A stretch of 63,765 bases of DNA, filler included, from Neoconidiobolus thromboides FSU 785 (GCA_025603075.1; 4 parts of 4 records of this genome joined end to end with filler, not necessarily neighbours in it); one strand, 5' to 3'. Counted from the whole stretch's first letter, positions 12,987-27,100 are shown. Program-made: numbers and translations. Notes: a model not told the origin generated them from the letters alone.

Positions 12987-14565
12987 ATGAGTTCAACTAG
13001 CAACAGTAAATTACCCACCACAATTTTATGTATTGGTATGGCAGGTAGTGGTAAAACTACGTTCATGCAAGTAATTACATCCCCTTCTTTTACCCTTAGC
13101 AAAAACTAATCTAATTAAAAATCAATAGAGATTAAATGCTCATTTATTTGAAACATCGCAAAAACCATATGTATTAAATTTAGATCCTGCAGTTACTAAT
13201 CTGAGTTATCCGGTTAATATTGATATTAGGGATACAGTGAATTACAAAGAGGTGATGAATCAGTAAGGTTTTTGTTTTAGATATTTGAAATAATCATACT
13301 ATAATGATAAACTATAACAGTAACAGTTTGTAATTTAAAAAAAACGAAGATAGGAATAATGAGATAGGATAATCAAGAATACTAATATTCGAAAATCAAC
13401 TAGATATTCTTTAGGTCCTAACGGTGGCATCTTAACCAGCTTAAATTTATTTACTACCAAGTTTGATCAAGTATTAGATTTGATTCAAAAGAAACAAGAA
13501 AATATTGAGTAAGTTTTTATATTCCCTACTTATCTCCACATCCACTTAAAACTATAAACCATCAACAATGAAATTAAAAATCGTTAACTAGTAGTTCGAA
13601 TTAATGACAACAATAGCTAATTCTTTTTCGTTTTTCTTTCTAGCTACCTCCTCGTTGACACTCCAGGACAAATAGAAATTTTCACATGGTCCGCCTCTGG
13701 TGCTATTATCACTGAAGCATTAGCTCTATCTTACCCAACAGTTATTGCCTATATTATAGATACACCAAGAACAGCATCACCAGCTACATTTATGTCTAAT
13801 ATGTTATATGCTTGTAGGTAAGTAATAAGAAAAATTTAATTAACTGAAACTGAAAAAAAAACAGAAACAAAAAAGCAATATAATTATTATTAGCTTTATT
13901 TATTTATCTTATTGACTCATTGTTTATTTTTGATTAGTATTTTATATAAAACAAAACTACCCTTTGTATTAGTCTTCAATAAAGTGGATGTCGTTAGCCA
14001 TGAATTTGCTGAAGAATGGATTACCGATTTTGAAGCTTTTCAACGAGCTTTAGGTGAAGATGGTAGCTACATGGGCTCCTTTATGCATTCAATGTGTTTA
14101 GTACTTGAAGAATTTTATGCTCATTTAAAGGTAATTAAATATTTTTGATAAATTTAAAGAGGGGAAAGTGGGAGATCGCGTGAAATTGGAGAAAGGTTAA
14201 GAACTGGAATTGATTTGTTTTTATATATAGACTGTTGGCTGTTCTGCTGTGACTGGAGAGGGTATGGACGCTTTCTTTGAAGCGGTAGAAGAAGCTAGGA
14301 AAGAATATGAAACGTAAGTTGATTTATTATAATCTACTATCTGAAAATATTAATTTTCTTTTTTTACAGTGATTTTAAACCAGAATTAGATAGGAAGGTT
14401 AAAGAAAAAGTAAGTTTGACTATCATGATAAAGGGTATAAAAATAAATGTTAATATTAATTCGATTTATTTTTATTAGGAAGAAAAAGAATTAGCCAAAA
14501 AACAAGAACAAATTGATAAATTAATTCAAGATTTAACTATAGATGAAGAGGGTAAAGAAATTTAA
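12987..14565 (+). CDS. GPN1: GPN-loop GTPase 1 (Npa3/XAB1), multi-exon
   Basis: [81 protein letters not shown] and [11 protein letters not shown]. Confidence 0.96.
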
Positions 14566-14719
14566 AATATTAAAATAGCTAATCATTCTCAAAATTTAAC
14601 ATATAAAATAAAAATAAAAATAAAAATAAAAACATATACATTTCTTAATTTAATCAATATTTTTTTAATTAATAAAACAAAAAAGAAATGTCACTGCATT
14701 CATTTCTCACCTATCAACT

Positions 14720-16081
14720 TTAACTCCTATTTGATTCCACTTCACCCATATCCTGTCCATAGCCCTGGGTAATTAATCTATCCGAATTAACAAACAAAGG
14801 TCGAACTTGGTCCGTTACTTCCTCACCTAAATCGGTATTTAAAGCCATAAAACAACAACAAGGAATACAGCAACCGAAGCAACAAAGCATAAATGATAAC
14901 AAAATAAAAATAGGTACTAATACCATAACTAATCGAATAGAATTAGGATCATCTAATTTTTTGATTAATAAACCTAAGAAGGGATAAAAAAACAAACAGA
15001 CGAGGGCAAATAATACAGTTAATAATAACCATATGTTTTTATCTGGTCGTTCATTATCGGATAATTGAGAATGATTGGCGGTGTGGAATTTAATTCTTAT
15101 AATGTATACGATAATAAAAAACAATAAATACATTGGTATAAAAACAACTGCCCAAGATACTGTTTCAAATGCAACAGCATCTAATTTACAAATAATTAGT
15201 ATAATTTGTAAGCAACGTATGAAGTTGGGCCATAGCTCATTACATATAGTAGCTACATATTCAGATTGTAAATGCTTTAATTTTAATATTAAAGTAACTA
15301 TTGTCTTTATCAATGCTAATCCTTCCAATATAATCAATGGACTAAATATTTGTACCCCTGATAAATTCAATGTATCATCAATTTTTAATACTAAAAGTAC
15401 TTGAAATATAATAATCAAACTCAAAGTAAAAACAATAACACTTGCCAAGACTAAAGTAGCCACAAAGGATTGATCATCCATCTTCATCCCTGTAGGTTGG
15501 TTTAATACATCATCATTTTCCTCTTCAGTTTGATTTTTTCCATTTCTCCAACTAATAAATGCATCCTTTAATAAATTTAATATACCAAATAAAAATCCAC
15601 AGTCAATTAACCATAATGGTATGAAGATAATTGAATAATGCCATAGTATTGAGTTATCATCTTTAGCGGATAAGAAGCTAAAGAAGAGAATCAAGAGGAT
15701 AGTGAAGAGATTAAGGATGATAAAGAAGAGATTGAGTTTTGTACCAATATCTTCATCAAGTCCAGAATCTCCAAAAGTACTCATAAGTTCAAGTCCTCGT
15801 TCTCCATATTTATCATAGATCTTTCGTTTTTTTGGATCACTTAAGATATCATAAGCATGCTTAATTTGTTTAAACTATAAAGAAAGATAAATAAAATTTA
15901 GAATTAATACTTTTTAAGAATTTAATTTGGCTAAATAACTTACTAAATCTAAATCGTTAGGATTTTTATCGGGGTGATGTTGTAAAGCTAATCTTTTATA
16001 CGATCTTTTGAGCTCATCATTGGTAGCTGCCTTATCTACTTTTAGTATAGTGTAAAGTCTCGTTTTAGAATTCGGTTGCAT
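14720..16081 (-). CDS. J-domain (DnaJ) multi-pass membrane protein with TMEM185-like helices and a C-terminal cysteine string (2 exons)
   Basis: ATG at 16081 gives LYTILKVDKAATNDELKRSYKRLALQHHPDKNP. After an intron (about 15877-15940): FKQIKHAYDILSDPKKRKIYDKYGERGL, then about 8 hydrophobic helices with repeated xxFIPLW/VFIPMY motifs, then CCFGCCIPCCC. Confidence 0.88.
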
Positions 16082-16725
16082 TTCGAACAATTTATAGAGA
16101 TGGAAATGGAAATATTGAAAAAACGATCAAACTTAAATTGAAGCTTTCAATTCAATGAATTGATTTTCAATTTTGGGCTTTCGAGGCTTTGATTGGTGCA
16201 AATAAAGGTTAATTGATAGACGGAGAAATTGAAAATGGATTTTTAATTTAAAGAATTTCTAGTTTTGGTAAGGACAATGTTTTTAATGAATTGTTATTGT
16301 TAATAAGTAAATATATTGTTTAATATTTAAAAAAGAAGATTGGTTTTGTAAAAGTAAAAGTGGGTTTTACTAATCTCATTGATTGTATTAAAAGGCAAAG
16401 AATATTAGATAGATAATTATTAATAACAGCAACAAAATACCTTTTAAAAAGATAAAAATGGTACTATTTTTTATTCCGATAATGGAATACAAATATTAAA
16501 AAATTCCAATAATCAATAGAAACCAAAATATTGATAATATCAATATATCCCTAATCATCCTCCACGTCAACTACTTCATTTTAAAATAAAGCCGAACTAA
16601 TAAAATTGAAAAAAAGAAGATACAAAGATAAAAAGAGCTCATCAAAAAAACAAAATATTAACCAATCAAATTTATAGTAATTATTGAAAAAATCATCAAA
16701 AAAATTATTGCTCTCACTCTTTCCT

Positions 16726-19700
16726 TTACAATCCAGGCCTCTCTCCTACATTTTGACTTTGACTTCTCATCTGAGGAATAGGTGTAGGATTATTAGACCT
16801 TCTTTGCTCCTCTTGGCTAAAATCTGGAATTTCTGGTCTCGACGTACTTTTAGATCTTCTACTACTGGAACCAAAATTCATTTTATCTATAATTTTACTT
16901 AGCCTATTTCGATCACTACCCGTATGAGGAGCAGACAAAGTGGGTCCTTCTTCTTTTACTGTACCTTGAAAGAAGGCGGAATTAGCTTTATCTAAGTCCC
17001 AACTTTTTTCAATTTTATCTTGATATTGAACATCTTTTTCATGCGTGGTTATAAATTTCAAAGCGGTATACCATAATTCATGTTTTTTAATAGAATCCGC
17101 TTTAACAATGACTCTTCTTGTACTTGTAGTAATTTGTAAGGATCGATCCAATTGATCTTTTATATAAGCACATTGATAATCATCAAAAATTTCAGTAACA
17201 GAAAGAGCATATACTTGTCGATATGGGCCAGAATAATCTGCTTTTGGTGGTGTTTTGGACCAAGCTAGTACTTTTGTATATGGATTAATCCAAAAGAATC
17301 GACGATGATACATCATAGATCCTAATCCACTTTTTACAAATTTATTTAAATATTCACCATCCATAGCTTTATTTAATCCTGAAACAACAGCTGGATCAGC
17401 AGTTAATGAAATACCACTACGGGCACTAAAACTTATACTTTTATTTTCATTCACACCTAATAAACTTGTTTTATGATGCATAATTGGTGAAATAGGCCGG
17501 GATTGACTTCTCAATCCAACAATTCTAGGTTCATTTAAGTTAGTATAACTATTTGTTAAATTTGGATTGGAACTGTTATTTTTCTTTTCAATTGTTGAAT
17601 AAGGTATTACACTTGATGTTGATTCTTCCATCGTAACAATTGAATTTTTAATTGAATTTTCATTTTCATTTTCATTTTCACCTACAGTAACAATAGGTTG
17701 AAATGGCTTAATATCCAATGAATAATCATGAATCGAAGGTGGTCGACTTTGTCCATTAAAGCTATTAGATTTTGAACGATATTCAGATTTCGATGGTTTT
17801 TTAACCACCTCATGTCGGGATTTAAACGCTAATTTAACTTCTTTTAAACATAACTTCAATTCCTCTACATCATCTAATTTAATTCCTGCTCTTTTTTTAA
17901 GTGCTAAATCTACTTTTTCTTCTGCATTGATAATTAACCCTAAAATGACTTTATCTACTAATAAATCATTTGATTTAACTGATGAGGGACTTATCATTGA
18001 ATCTATTGTTTCTCCTTTAATTATTTTGTACATATTATCAATTTCTTCATCAGTCATTAAGCTATCAAACTCTTGTTTGATAATGGATTTACTATTATTT
18101 GACTCAACTTCATTTGTTTGTAATAATTGTTCTTTTGATGAGAATGGAATACTACTAATAAAGTTATTAATAAAGTTAAGTTATTTAGAATATTCAGTTC
18201 AATTTACCTATTTATATTTTGTAATTCCAATTCTGATTTATTATAATTGTTTTCAGTACCATGGGATAAGTTTGAAATTTCATTTTCTTTATAATAGTAA
18301 CTGGATTTATTACTATTTTCGACGCTATTTTCCAATCGATCAGCTTTGATATTATCTTTTCCTGTTGAAATACCGCCATTAACTATTGTTTCTTGAACAG
18401 AATTATCTTGTTTAGATGAATTAAACACTTCACTCTCTTTATGAGAACAAACGGATACTTTAGCATCATTTGTAGTACTATTCAACTTATTAAATTTAAT
18501 ATTATCTTCTACATCAGTTCGTTCTCTTAAAATTGGATCTTCAATTCTTATTTCCTGAACAGAAGGATCTTGTTTAGATGGGCTTAAAACTTCAATTTCT
18601 TTATGAGAATAGCTAATTTCTTTAACATTATCCAACTTATCCGATTTAAGGTTATCTTGTACATTAATTTGTCCTTTTGAAGTTGGATATTCCACCTTTG
18701 GTCTTTGAATAGAATTATCTTTATCATTTACTTTCACATCATCTTGGTGTTCGATTCCACCAGTAATAACACCCAACATAAGTGGTTCATACTGTTCCAC
18801 TGCGATTAGATTATTGAAGGCATCTTTACGTTGATAATCTTCCTTTATCATTTTATGATTATTATTATTAATTGAATTTAAAGTCTTAATTTTATCTGGA
18901 TTATTGATTTGATTTTCAGGTGACGTAATAGGGAAAGGTAATGGTACTGTATTAGGTAATTCCGCATGAGTTGGTGAGAATATATTAGATGGGCCTGCTT
19001 TAATTAATGGACTTGTTTCTCTATTAGCTTCCAAGTTACTATCAGATAACTGTAGTTTTTGGATGGAATTTCTACTAGATGATCGATTCTTATTCTTATT
19101 ATTTAGTGAAATTAATGAAGTTTCATTGACTGATGGTAAATTATTGTTAGTTTCCACACAATCAATAGTATTTTTAATTATATTAAATTGTATTTGGTCT
19201 TCCTGAGTGTTAGACTCTTTTAGGTTCTTAATAATATTTAAGATATAAGACATGTTTAATTCAGTTGGTTTGTATTCAATTAAAACTTCCGATTTATTAA
19301 ATTGGTTTGTTTGAATTAAATTATCATGGCTATTGTTTGGAACTGGTTTATCAAATTCATTTAATTTGTCCTCATCTAACGCTTTAGGATTAATGTTTTT
19401 GTTTATTTCAACTAAATTGTTATCTTTAATTAACTCTGTTTTAATTATTGACGGAGCTATCCTTTCAGGTTGATCCATCCCAATCTCTTCAGAATTGAAT
19501 CTTAATTTATTTGAGTTTCTATTAACTTTATTAATAGCGTTCTCTTTATCTTCCTTATTTTGTAAATCTAGAGTATCTATAGATTCGCTATTATTACTAT
19601 CAATCACTGTTTTATGATTATTGAAATCTTGTTTAATTTCATTTAATTCATTATCCATATTATTTGTTTCATTGTTATGTTTATTTTTAGCTTTAGAATC

Positions 19701-22700
19701 TGTTTGATTGTTTGATGATTGATTATTATTATTAGAAGCAAATTCATTGTGTTCATTATCTTTAATTAAATTAATATTAGTAATCTTATCTTGAATTTCA
19801 TTTGATGAATATTTGTTATTAATTATTGTTTCCATTTGTTTACATTCAAGTTTATTGTTTAATTGATTATCATTATTGAAATCATTCCTTTCTCCTTGTT
19901 TATTATTATCAATTAGTAATGAATTATTAGTATCATTTAATTTTAATAAATCCACAAATTCGTTGTTATTTAATGAAATAGTTTGGGTTGATACATCAAT
20001 CATTTTACCACGTGGTAATTGATTACTTAATGTTAATTTTTCTTTGTTTTTATTATCTAGCTGAATTGATTCAATAGTATTATTAAGTTGATGATCTTTT
20101 TGTTCATTTTGAATCAATACAGTTGAACTATTATTATAAGATTTAGTAACTGGAGTTATGTCATTACCAACGACTTTATCAGTTTCCAGGGTTTCATTGT
20201 TAATTGATTTTATTTTATTATTTGATGGAGTTGGTTGAATATTTGCTATTTTATCTTGTATTGCGTTAGTATCGGGATGGTTATTTTCCTTAATATGTTC
20301 TGAACTTGATATAAGATCAACGATAGCACTATCATTTAATAGCTGAGGATTATTTAAATGATTTAAACTTTCTTTCAAATTGGTTTCATCTAAAGAAACA
20401 TTTGTTTTATTCTTGCTATCTAAAAACAAATATAGATTAGTTATATATCGCAATTTACTTTATTTTAAAATTTTAATAAAATTATTTGACTACTTACCCA
20501 AATCTTTCAAATGAGAGACCTCTTTATTCAGTGAATCCTGTAAAATACCCTCAGCCGTATCTTCTAATATAACGGATGGTATTTTAATATGTTCATTTTT
20601 AGATTCTACATTAATAAATTTTTTAATAGCTTCATTGAAAATAGCTTCTCCTTGTAAATTATCATTGGGATTATCTTGATCTAAATTAATAAACAATGAA
20701 CTATCAAAATTATTCTTCAATGTTTTATCGACAATATGAAGTTGACTTTGATTAGAATTTTTCAATTTCATAATTGTAAAATTTACAATTTCTTTTAGTA
20801 TTGGTGCGGTAAGTGTATTGATTTCTATGTTCTTGTCATTTTCTTTGAAATCATTAATAGATCCAAATTTACTTAAACTGGAATAAGAAGCTGCTTCAAG
20901 TGCATGTCCTAAATTAATAGAGACTTCCGTTTCAGCTCGAAGTTCACTATCATAGTTTTTATCCATTATAAAAATAGATGATTTTCTACTATAGTCACTT
21001 TCAGTATGAGAATCTAACTCTTGATTGGAATCAATTTCTTCTTCTTCTTCAGAAGAGAACTGAGGTTGGTCTTGTTTTTGAAACTTATTTTTTTTAATAT
21101 TTCCTCTTTTATTATTACCTTTTTTACGATTTAAATCTAATTGTTTGTTGAATAATCCATCATCTAAATAAGAAGTAGTGGAATTATCAAAACTAAATTG
21201 TCCACCTAATAAACTTCCTTTATTTTCATTGCTTTCTACTACTTTTGCTTTCTTTTCTTTGAACCCACTAACTATATTTTCTCGAATCATATCTAAATCC
21301 CAAACTTCATTAGCACTATCATTACCTTCTTCTTCTTCTTCTTCCAAAGAATCATCGCTATCACTACCCATCTTTTTGATCCCATTTGATTCCTTTAATT
21401 TTCTTAATTCATTCCTTTCTCTCTTGGCCTTTCGTCGATATTCACTATACTCTTTAGCTAATTTATTATGCTTTTCGACTAATTCTGATATCTTTTCTGA
21501 ATAAGCATCAATCTTTGGTAATTCTGCTTCTGAATAAGTAGGCGTTTGACCATTCATCATAGTAGCTAATGAAACTTCTGGACTAATTAATAAACTTAAT
21601 CGATCCTCTTCTTCATTTTTTATTGGTTTTAAATTATCTTTAGATGGTACTTTATTTAATTTGAAATTTTGTAACGATTTTAATTCTTTTTCAAGTAGAT
21701 TGATTTTGGCTTGTAAATTTTTATTATCCCTAGTAGTAGAATAAACTTGAGTACGATAAGTATTATTATCATTTGTAAATTTAATCTTCGCTTCTTTTAA
21801 TTCCTCTTGAATTTGTTGAATCTCTACTTTGTATTTATCTGATTCATCATTGAATGATCTTATTTTTTCTTGTAATTGTTTTTCATTAGCTTCGCTGTTC
21901 TTTAACTTAAATAGTAACATATTCTTTTCTTTAATCCAATCTTCATTACGTTGACTTTCTCTTAATATATTATCCATTTCCCTTTCTCTTAGATCTAATA
22001 TGTTTGATTTATAATCTAAACTTTGTTGCAAACTACGAATCTGATTTTCGCTTTCAATTCGATTTGCTTTTTCATCTCGGTATTGTTTTTTAATCGATTT
22101 AACATCGTTTAATAAACTAGGTACGGATTCAGTTAAATACTGGATTTCAGACAGCAAAGCTCTTAAAAAAGTAGTTTCATTTGATAAAGATAAAAAATTG
22201 GAACTATTCGATCGATCTAAACTCGAATTCCCAAGAACATTAGGAGTAATGGAACGTGGATTCATACCCTTTAATTTACGAGTGGGCATGGAATGAGTAT
22301 TACCCGAAGGCTTTGTCATAGAGCCTGAAATTTCACTATGGATTTGATCTTTTAAACCAAAGAATGGCATTTTTGATATTGAAGAATGAAACAAATCAAA
22401 CTCTGTCTTAAAATGTTCAAATTTTTCTTGAATTTCTTTTAGTTTAGCTTTATCTTTAAAACTTTCTTGTTGAAACCTAGTAAATGTTTGATTTAATATA
22501 TCTTCTTTATTTAGCATACTTGTTGTTTTGGATCCTAATGTTTTCTTATCAATTTTGGTTTCATCAATATAGTCCGATAAATCAGAATCATAATTATCAT
22601 TAGCTGTTGGACTACTATCTTGTTTTTCCAATTGTTTTTCTTTCATTTTAGGCGGTGATGGCGATTTTGGTAAATTTAAATTCGGGCTATTAAAAGATTG

Positions 22701-22892
22701 ACTTCTTCTTCTTGGGTTTTTATCTAATAAAGTAACCTTCTTTTCTAATGGATTGGGAGGTAATGGACTTGTTCCAAGGTCTGAAGTAGCCGCTGGTATG
22801 ATGGATTTTCGTCGATTTGGAAAATGGGCACCTCCTCTAGGTAATGAATTGGAGGTACTATTTCGATTGGATTTTTTTGTCTTTGGTGCCAT
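16726..22892 (-). CDS. NUM1: Num1/Mcp5/ApsA-like cortical dynein anchor (about 2000 aa; 3 exons joining ORFs 20490-22892, 18204-20453 and 16726-18057)
   Basis: In-frame splices: intron 20420-20497 gives DL-D-SKN, and intron about 18153-18208 gives IN-S-IPF. There is an N-terminal coiled coil and a long N/D/E/K-rich spacer. The C-terminal PH domain (AMDGEYLNKF, HRRFFWINPYTKVLAWS) is of Mcp5/Num1 type. Confidence 0.75.
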
Positions 22893-24163
22893 GAAAAAGA
22901 CCTGAGTATTCGGGTTACTACAATTATTTTTATGGTAATATTGGACTTACTTTATATTTTCAAAAATTAGGTAAATATTTAGTGGATTGAAAATTGATAA
23001 CAATATTCAATTTTAATTGAGGATCTCTTTTTTTTGCAAATACGAATGCTACCGACTTACACAGTAAGTTGAAAAAAACTTGGGCTATTAAAAAAAGAGT
23101 TAGAAATCCCGTTTTAACCTTAACAATCCCTTTTTTATATAAAAAGTATTAATCCAACTAAACAACATGTATCTCCAAAACTAGCCAAATTAAGCTCACC
23201 TTTTTAAAAATAACAATCTTTTAACTTTTTAATTAGAAACTCGTAAGTTTTGTTGATAGTTTGAATTGGATTTTATCAGAAAGTAAAAATTAACTTTTTT
23301 CTACTACCACTTGGAATGTGCAATGTCAATAAAAAATGAATTTAAACCAATCAAGGATTCCGATTAATTAATTTGAATTTTCAACCCTTTAAAAATGAAT
23401 GAGATCGATTTGATTGGCAAGAATTTGTTATTGATTTAGATGGCTAACAAAATAGAAATTTGGATTTTTTCTTAAGGGAGTAAAAAGAAGGGTATATTGC
23501 TATTTTTATAAGGGATTGAAGGACTGTATTGTTGTTACAAAAACCGTAACTGACTGAAGGCATTTAAACAGGGGTATATTTTAAACTGCATATTCTTCAA
23601 TCGATAGTTTTTAAAAGCTTATTGTAGTTGTTAATAATTTTCCAAGGTTCGATTTTAGAAATCAGGAACACTAGGGATTTGAAAAATATTCAAATTATAT
23701 TTTCATAAAAATTAACTTTGAAATGAAGAGTACTCTGATTTTTCAATACTAAGATCTAGATTATATTTACAAAGTTAAAACTCAACCACATTTTTTAAAT
23801 ACATTAATGTAAATAAATATGGTCAAATTTATAATTACAGCTTTGTTATAGTGAAAGCTTCACTAAGTCATTAATATCTAAAGCTATTTTTCATACAGAA
23901 AGTAAGTTAGTTTTTAAAAACTCTCAAATAATGAAATGGACAAAAAGGAGCTAGTATTGGCTACTTTTTCTACTTTTTTGCTAATATTTAAAAAGGCTAT
24001 AATGTAAAAAAGCGACCAATAAACTCATTTTGTACATCATCAAATAGCTTGAATAACTTTATATCATGCTAAACATTATATTTTATTTGAATTTACTCAA
24101 GCTATTATAAAAATAAAAATAAAAATAAAAATAAAAAATCGAACAATCTTAGTAAAATTCAGT

Positions 24164-24271
24164 ATATGGGGATGTATTTTTTTGTTTAAGAATTTTACTA
24201 ACAGTCTTTCCACTCAAATAGTGCTTTAAAAAAATGAAAAAGTAACGAAATCAAAGAAAACACCCCCATAT
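24164..24271 (+). mobile_element. ~105-bp foldback MITE-like element
   Basis: ATATGGGGATGTATTTTT...AAAACACCCCCATAT with terminal inverted repeats. Confidence 0.85.
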
Positions 24272-24406
24272 TAATATGCATTTTTAGCTTATCTTTAATG
24301 TATATTATTAGTTTAAATTTCTAGACATTTTTATACTTAATTTTTAAATGAAAATTCAAATAAAAATAAAATAATAATAATTACTAAAGAAATCTTAAAT
24401 TTAATT

Positions 24407-24956
24407 CTAGTTTTCCAATATCGCTCTATAACGAATTTTATCGTTCCTCAAATGTTTTAATCCTTTATTTACATCCTTCATCTTAAATCTTTCGATAACT
24501 GGGCGAATTTCATGTTTAGCTGCAAATTGTAGCATCTTTTCAATCTCTTCAATGGACCCAATTAAACTACCAGTAAGTGATAAATTCTTGCTTAAAAGTA
24601 CAAAAGGTTGGATTTTCAATGGCTCTTCTGGGATAGCTAATAAAATAATTCTGCCTTCTAAGTCCATCCAACTAGCAAATTGAGACCATTGAGAGTCTTT
24701 AGCATTGCTTGTAACAATTAAAAAGTCTAATGAGTTTTTAGCTTTTTCTAATTGACCTTCATCACTTGTTGCTACATAATGTTTAGCTCCTAATTGGAGA
24801 GCTTCTTCCTTTTTGCTTTCATTTCTTGAAAATGCAGTTACTTCACATCCTAATTTACTAGCAAACATAATGGCTAAATGACCTAACCCACCAATACCAA
24901 CGACACCAACTCTATCACCTGCTTTAAATTTATATCTTAACATTGGTGAAAATACT
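24407..24956 (-). CDS. Second, inverted copy of the alcohol dehydrogenase (3' part; 5' part in gap)
   Basis: Reverse complement of 1-501 with one synonymous mismatch seen by eye. The last 16 codons are diverged. The copy runs into the gap at 24957. Confidence 0.92.
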
Positions 24957-25056
24957 NNNNNNNNNNNNNNNNNNNNNNNNNNNNNNNNNNNNNNNNNNNN
25001 TTAATTAATTAANNNNNNNNNNNNNNNNNNNNNNNNNNNNNNNNNNNNNNNNNNNN
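24957..25056. other. Assembly gap: 44 N + TTAATTAATTAA + 44 N
   Basis: Identical 100-nt structure at three places; the linker encodes stops in all frames. Confidence 0.95.
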
Positions 25057-25655
25057 TAAAAATACGTAGCTCAAACTGTATATTGCTCATTTATTAAACT
25101 ATGGTATAACTTTGAAGAAGCATCAATAAGGTAGCTTTTTACTTTATAAATAGATGTAGATGTAGGTTAAATAGAACATTAGTTGTATATTGAGATCTCT
25201 TTAAAATATGGGATTTTTAATCTATTGAATAATTCGCTTTTACAAACAAATATAAATTATTCCCAAGACAAGGAATGATATATTAGAAATACTTCAAATA
25301 TTTGCAAATCTATGTTAAATAAGAATCTAATATGATCTTTTAATTAATTTACAATTCTATAAATAATCTAATTCATTTAATTGTATAGAAATTAAGTTTT
25401 CAAAAATCATTTTATCAAATACCCCCAAATATAGTATAAACAGGGTTTAAAAAATGTATGTATATTATAAAGGTAGTGGCATTGTTTTGATTTTTTAAAA
25501 GTTACAATAAATCAGAGAACAAAATAGTAATAAATCACTTTAATGTATATAAAATAAAAAAGAATATAAAAGGAGAAAAAGTAACTTTATTTTGATAACT
25601 AAATTTTAATTGTTATTGACTAACATTATAATAAGCATTTAAATTGATTTTAAAT

Positions 25656-26627
25656 ATGAAATATTACTCTATTTTATCAGCAATAATCGCCATTACCGCA
25701 GTAACTGCCTCTCCATATTGTGAAAGGCGCACTCAAATAACAACCAGCTATTGCACTAAAACCGTCACTTCAACTGTGACCGGAAATGCAGTAAAACCAA
25801 GAACATCCACTATAACTACTACATCCACTAGTACTCAAACCCAACTTTCTACTATTAGTGAAACTAAGGATATAGTAGAAACTAGCACGGCTACTACCAC
25901 ACTAGTTTTACCTGGCACAACTAGCACCAGCTTATGTACTGAAAATAAAATAGAAACTTTACCTGCTATTGAAGGTAAAGTGATCACAAGTACTGAGAAA
26001 GCCTTTGTAACTACCACTTGCACTGTTACAGGTCTACCTACTGAAGGGCCAGCAAAGACTGAAACTATAACAACTAGTATTCCTGGTACTGGGACAACTA
26101 AAATAACAAACACCGTTACAGAATCTGGGCCAGTAGTCACATTAGCTCCTATTATACAAACTATTCCCATATGTACCTCAACAGAAACTATACAAACTAC
26201 CATCCCTGGTACTATAGTAACTGCTCCAGCTAGTACTGTAATCAGCACTATATCTGTACCAGGTACTGAAGTTCAAACCATCACAACTACTTGTACAACT
26301 AACGCACCAGATGTTACTGGCGAGCCCAGCACCATAATAGTCACTGGAAGTGAAGTACAATCAACCACTATTACTGTTGAGGCTCCACCAGTTACTGGCC
26401 CAGCTTCAACTGTTACTAATACTATTTCTTTGCCTGGAACAAGTGTAACTACAATGTTTAACACTGTTACAGAGACTGGAAAGCCTACCCCTTGCCCACC
26501 AGTAGTAATCACTTCTACTGCAGTAGTAACCAACACTCCACAATGTTCCCAGCCTCAGCCCCTCCCCCCAATCACAATTACTTCTGACCAGGTCGTCTCA
26601 GTTACTACCTGTCCTAATATTTACTAA
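25656..26627 (+). CDS. Secreted Thr-rich mucin/adhesin-like protein with scattered Cys
   Basis: Signal peptide MKYYSILSAIIAITAVTAS, then imperfect TTTIPGT/TVTETG/PVTGP repeats. No obvious GPI signal; intronless. Confidence 0.85.
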   Translation: MKYYSILSAIIAITAVTASPYCERRTQITTSYCTKTVTSTVTGNAVKPRTSTITTTSTSTQTQLSTISETKDIVETSTATTTLVLPGTTSTSLCTENKIETLPAIEGKVITSTEKAFVTTTCTVTGLPTEGPAKTETITTSIPGTGTTKITNTVTESGPVVTLAPIIQTIPICTSTETIQTTIPGTIVTAPASTVISTISVPGTEVQTITTTCTTNAPDVTGEPSTIIVTGSEVQSTTITVEAPPVTGPASTVTNTISLPGTSVTTMFNTVTETGKPTPCPPVVITSTAVVTNTPQCSQPQPLPPITITSDQVVSVTTCPNIY

Positions 26628-27100
26628 ATGTAAAATGGCTCTTGCTTTATACCATCGTTGCTCGAAATAAAGTTTAATACTTATAACATGCTTTTATATA
26701 AATAGTTGCTTAATGTAAAGTTGAAAATAGATTTAAATAATAATTTGATTAGTTTGATTTTATCTGCTTTGAATCTTTTACAGCTTTTATTAAAATTATT
26801 TCGGTTCTCATGAGATCTAGTTTTTTTTAAAAGGCGTTAATATAGCTATTATTCAACAACTTCTAGATAAAACTACTTTAAGGAAAATAAAAGAAGCTTT
26901 GAAGGGATAGTATACATAAGTTGATGCAAATAAAATAAAAAATAGAAAAGAAACAGATAAAAAACTAATTCTAGAAAGCAAACTTCTCAAGACAAATTAA
27001 TTTATGGATTATAATAGTATCAATTCTATAAAAAGTTTAAATACAACATAAATATTTCTAAAGATAAAAATAAATTTAAAAAAATCGCGAATCTATTAAG

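Noticed and set aside
13263-13642. Longer GPN1 introns as snoRNA hosts
   Set aside because: No convincing C/D or H/ACA box arrangement seen.
25001-25012. Palindromic TTAATTAATTAA repeated exactly at 25001, 52785 and 57073
   Set aside because: Always centred in 44 N + 44 N; this is an assembly linker with stops in all frames, not biology.
25835-26536. Long V/G-rich minus-strand ORFs (also 31348-32494, 33729-34119 and 35929-36398)
   Set aside because: Antisense or alternative-frame shadows of Thr/Pro/Ser/Gly repeat coding sequences.
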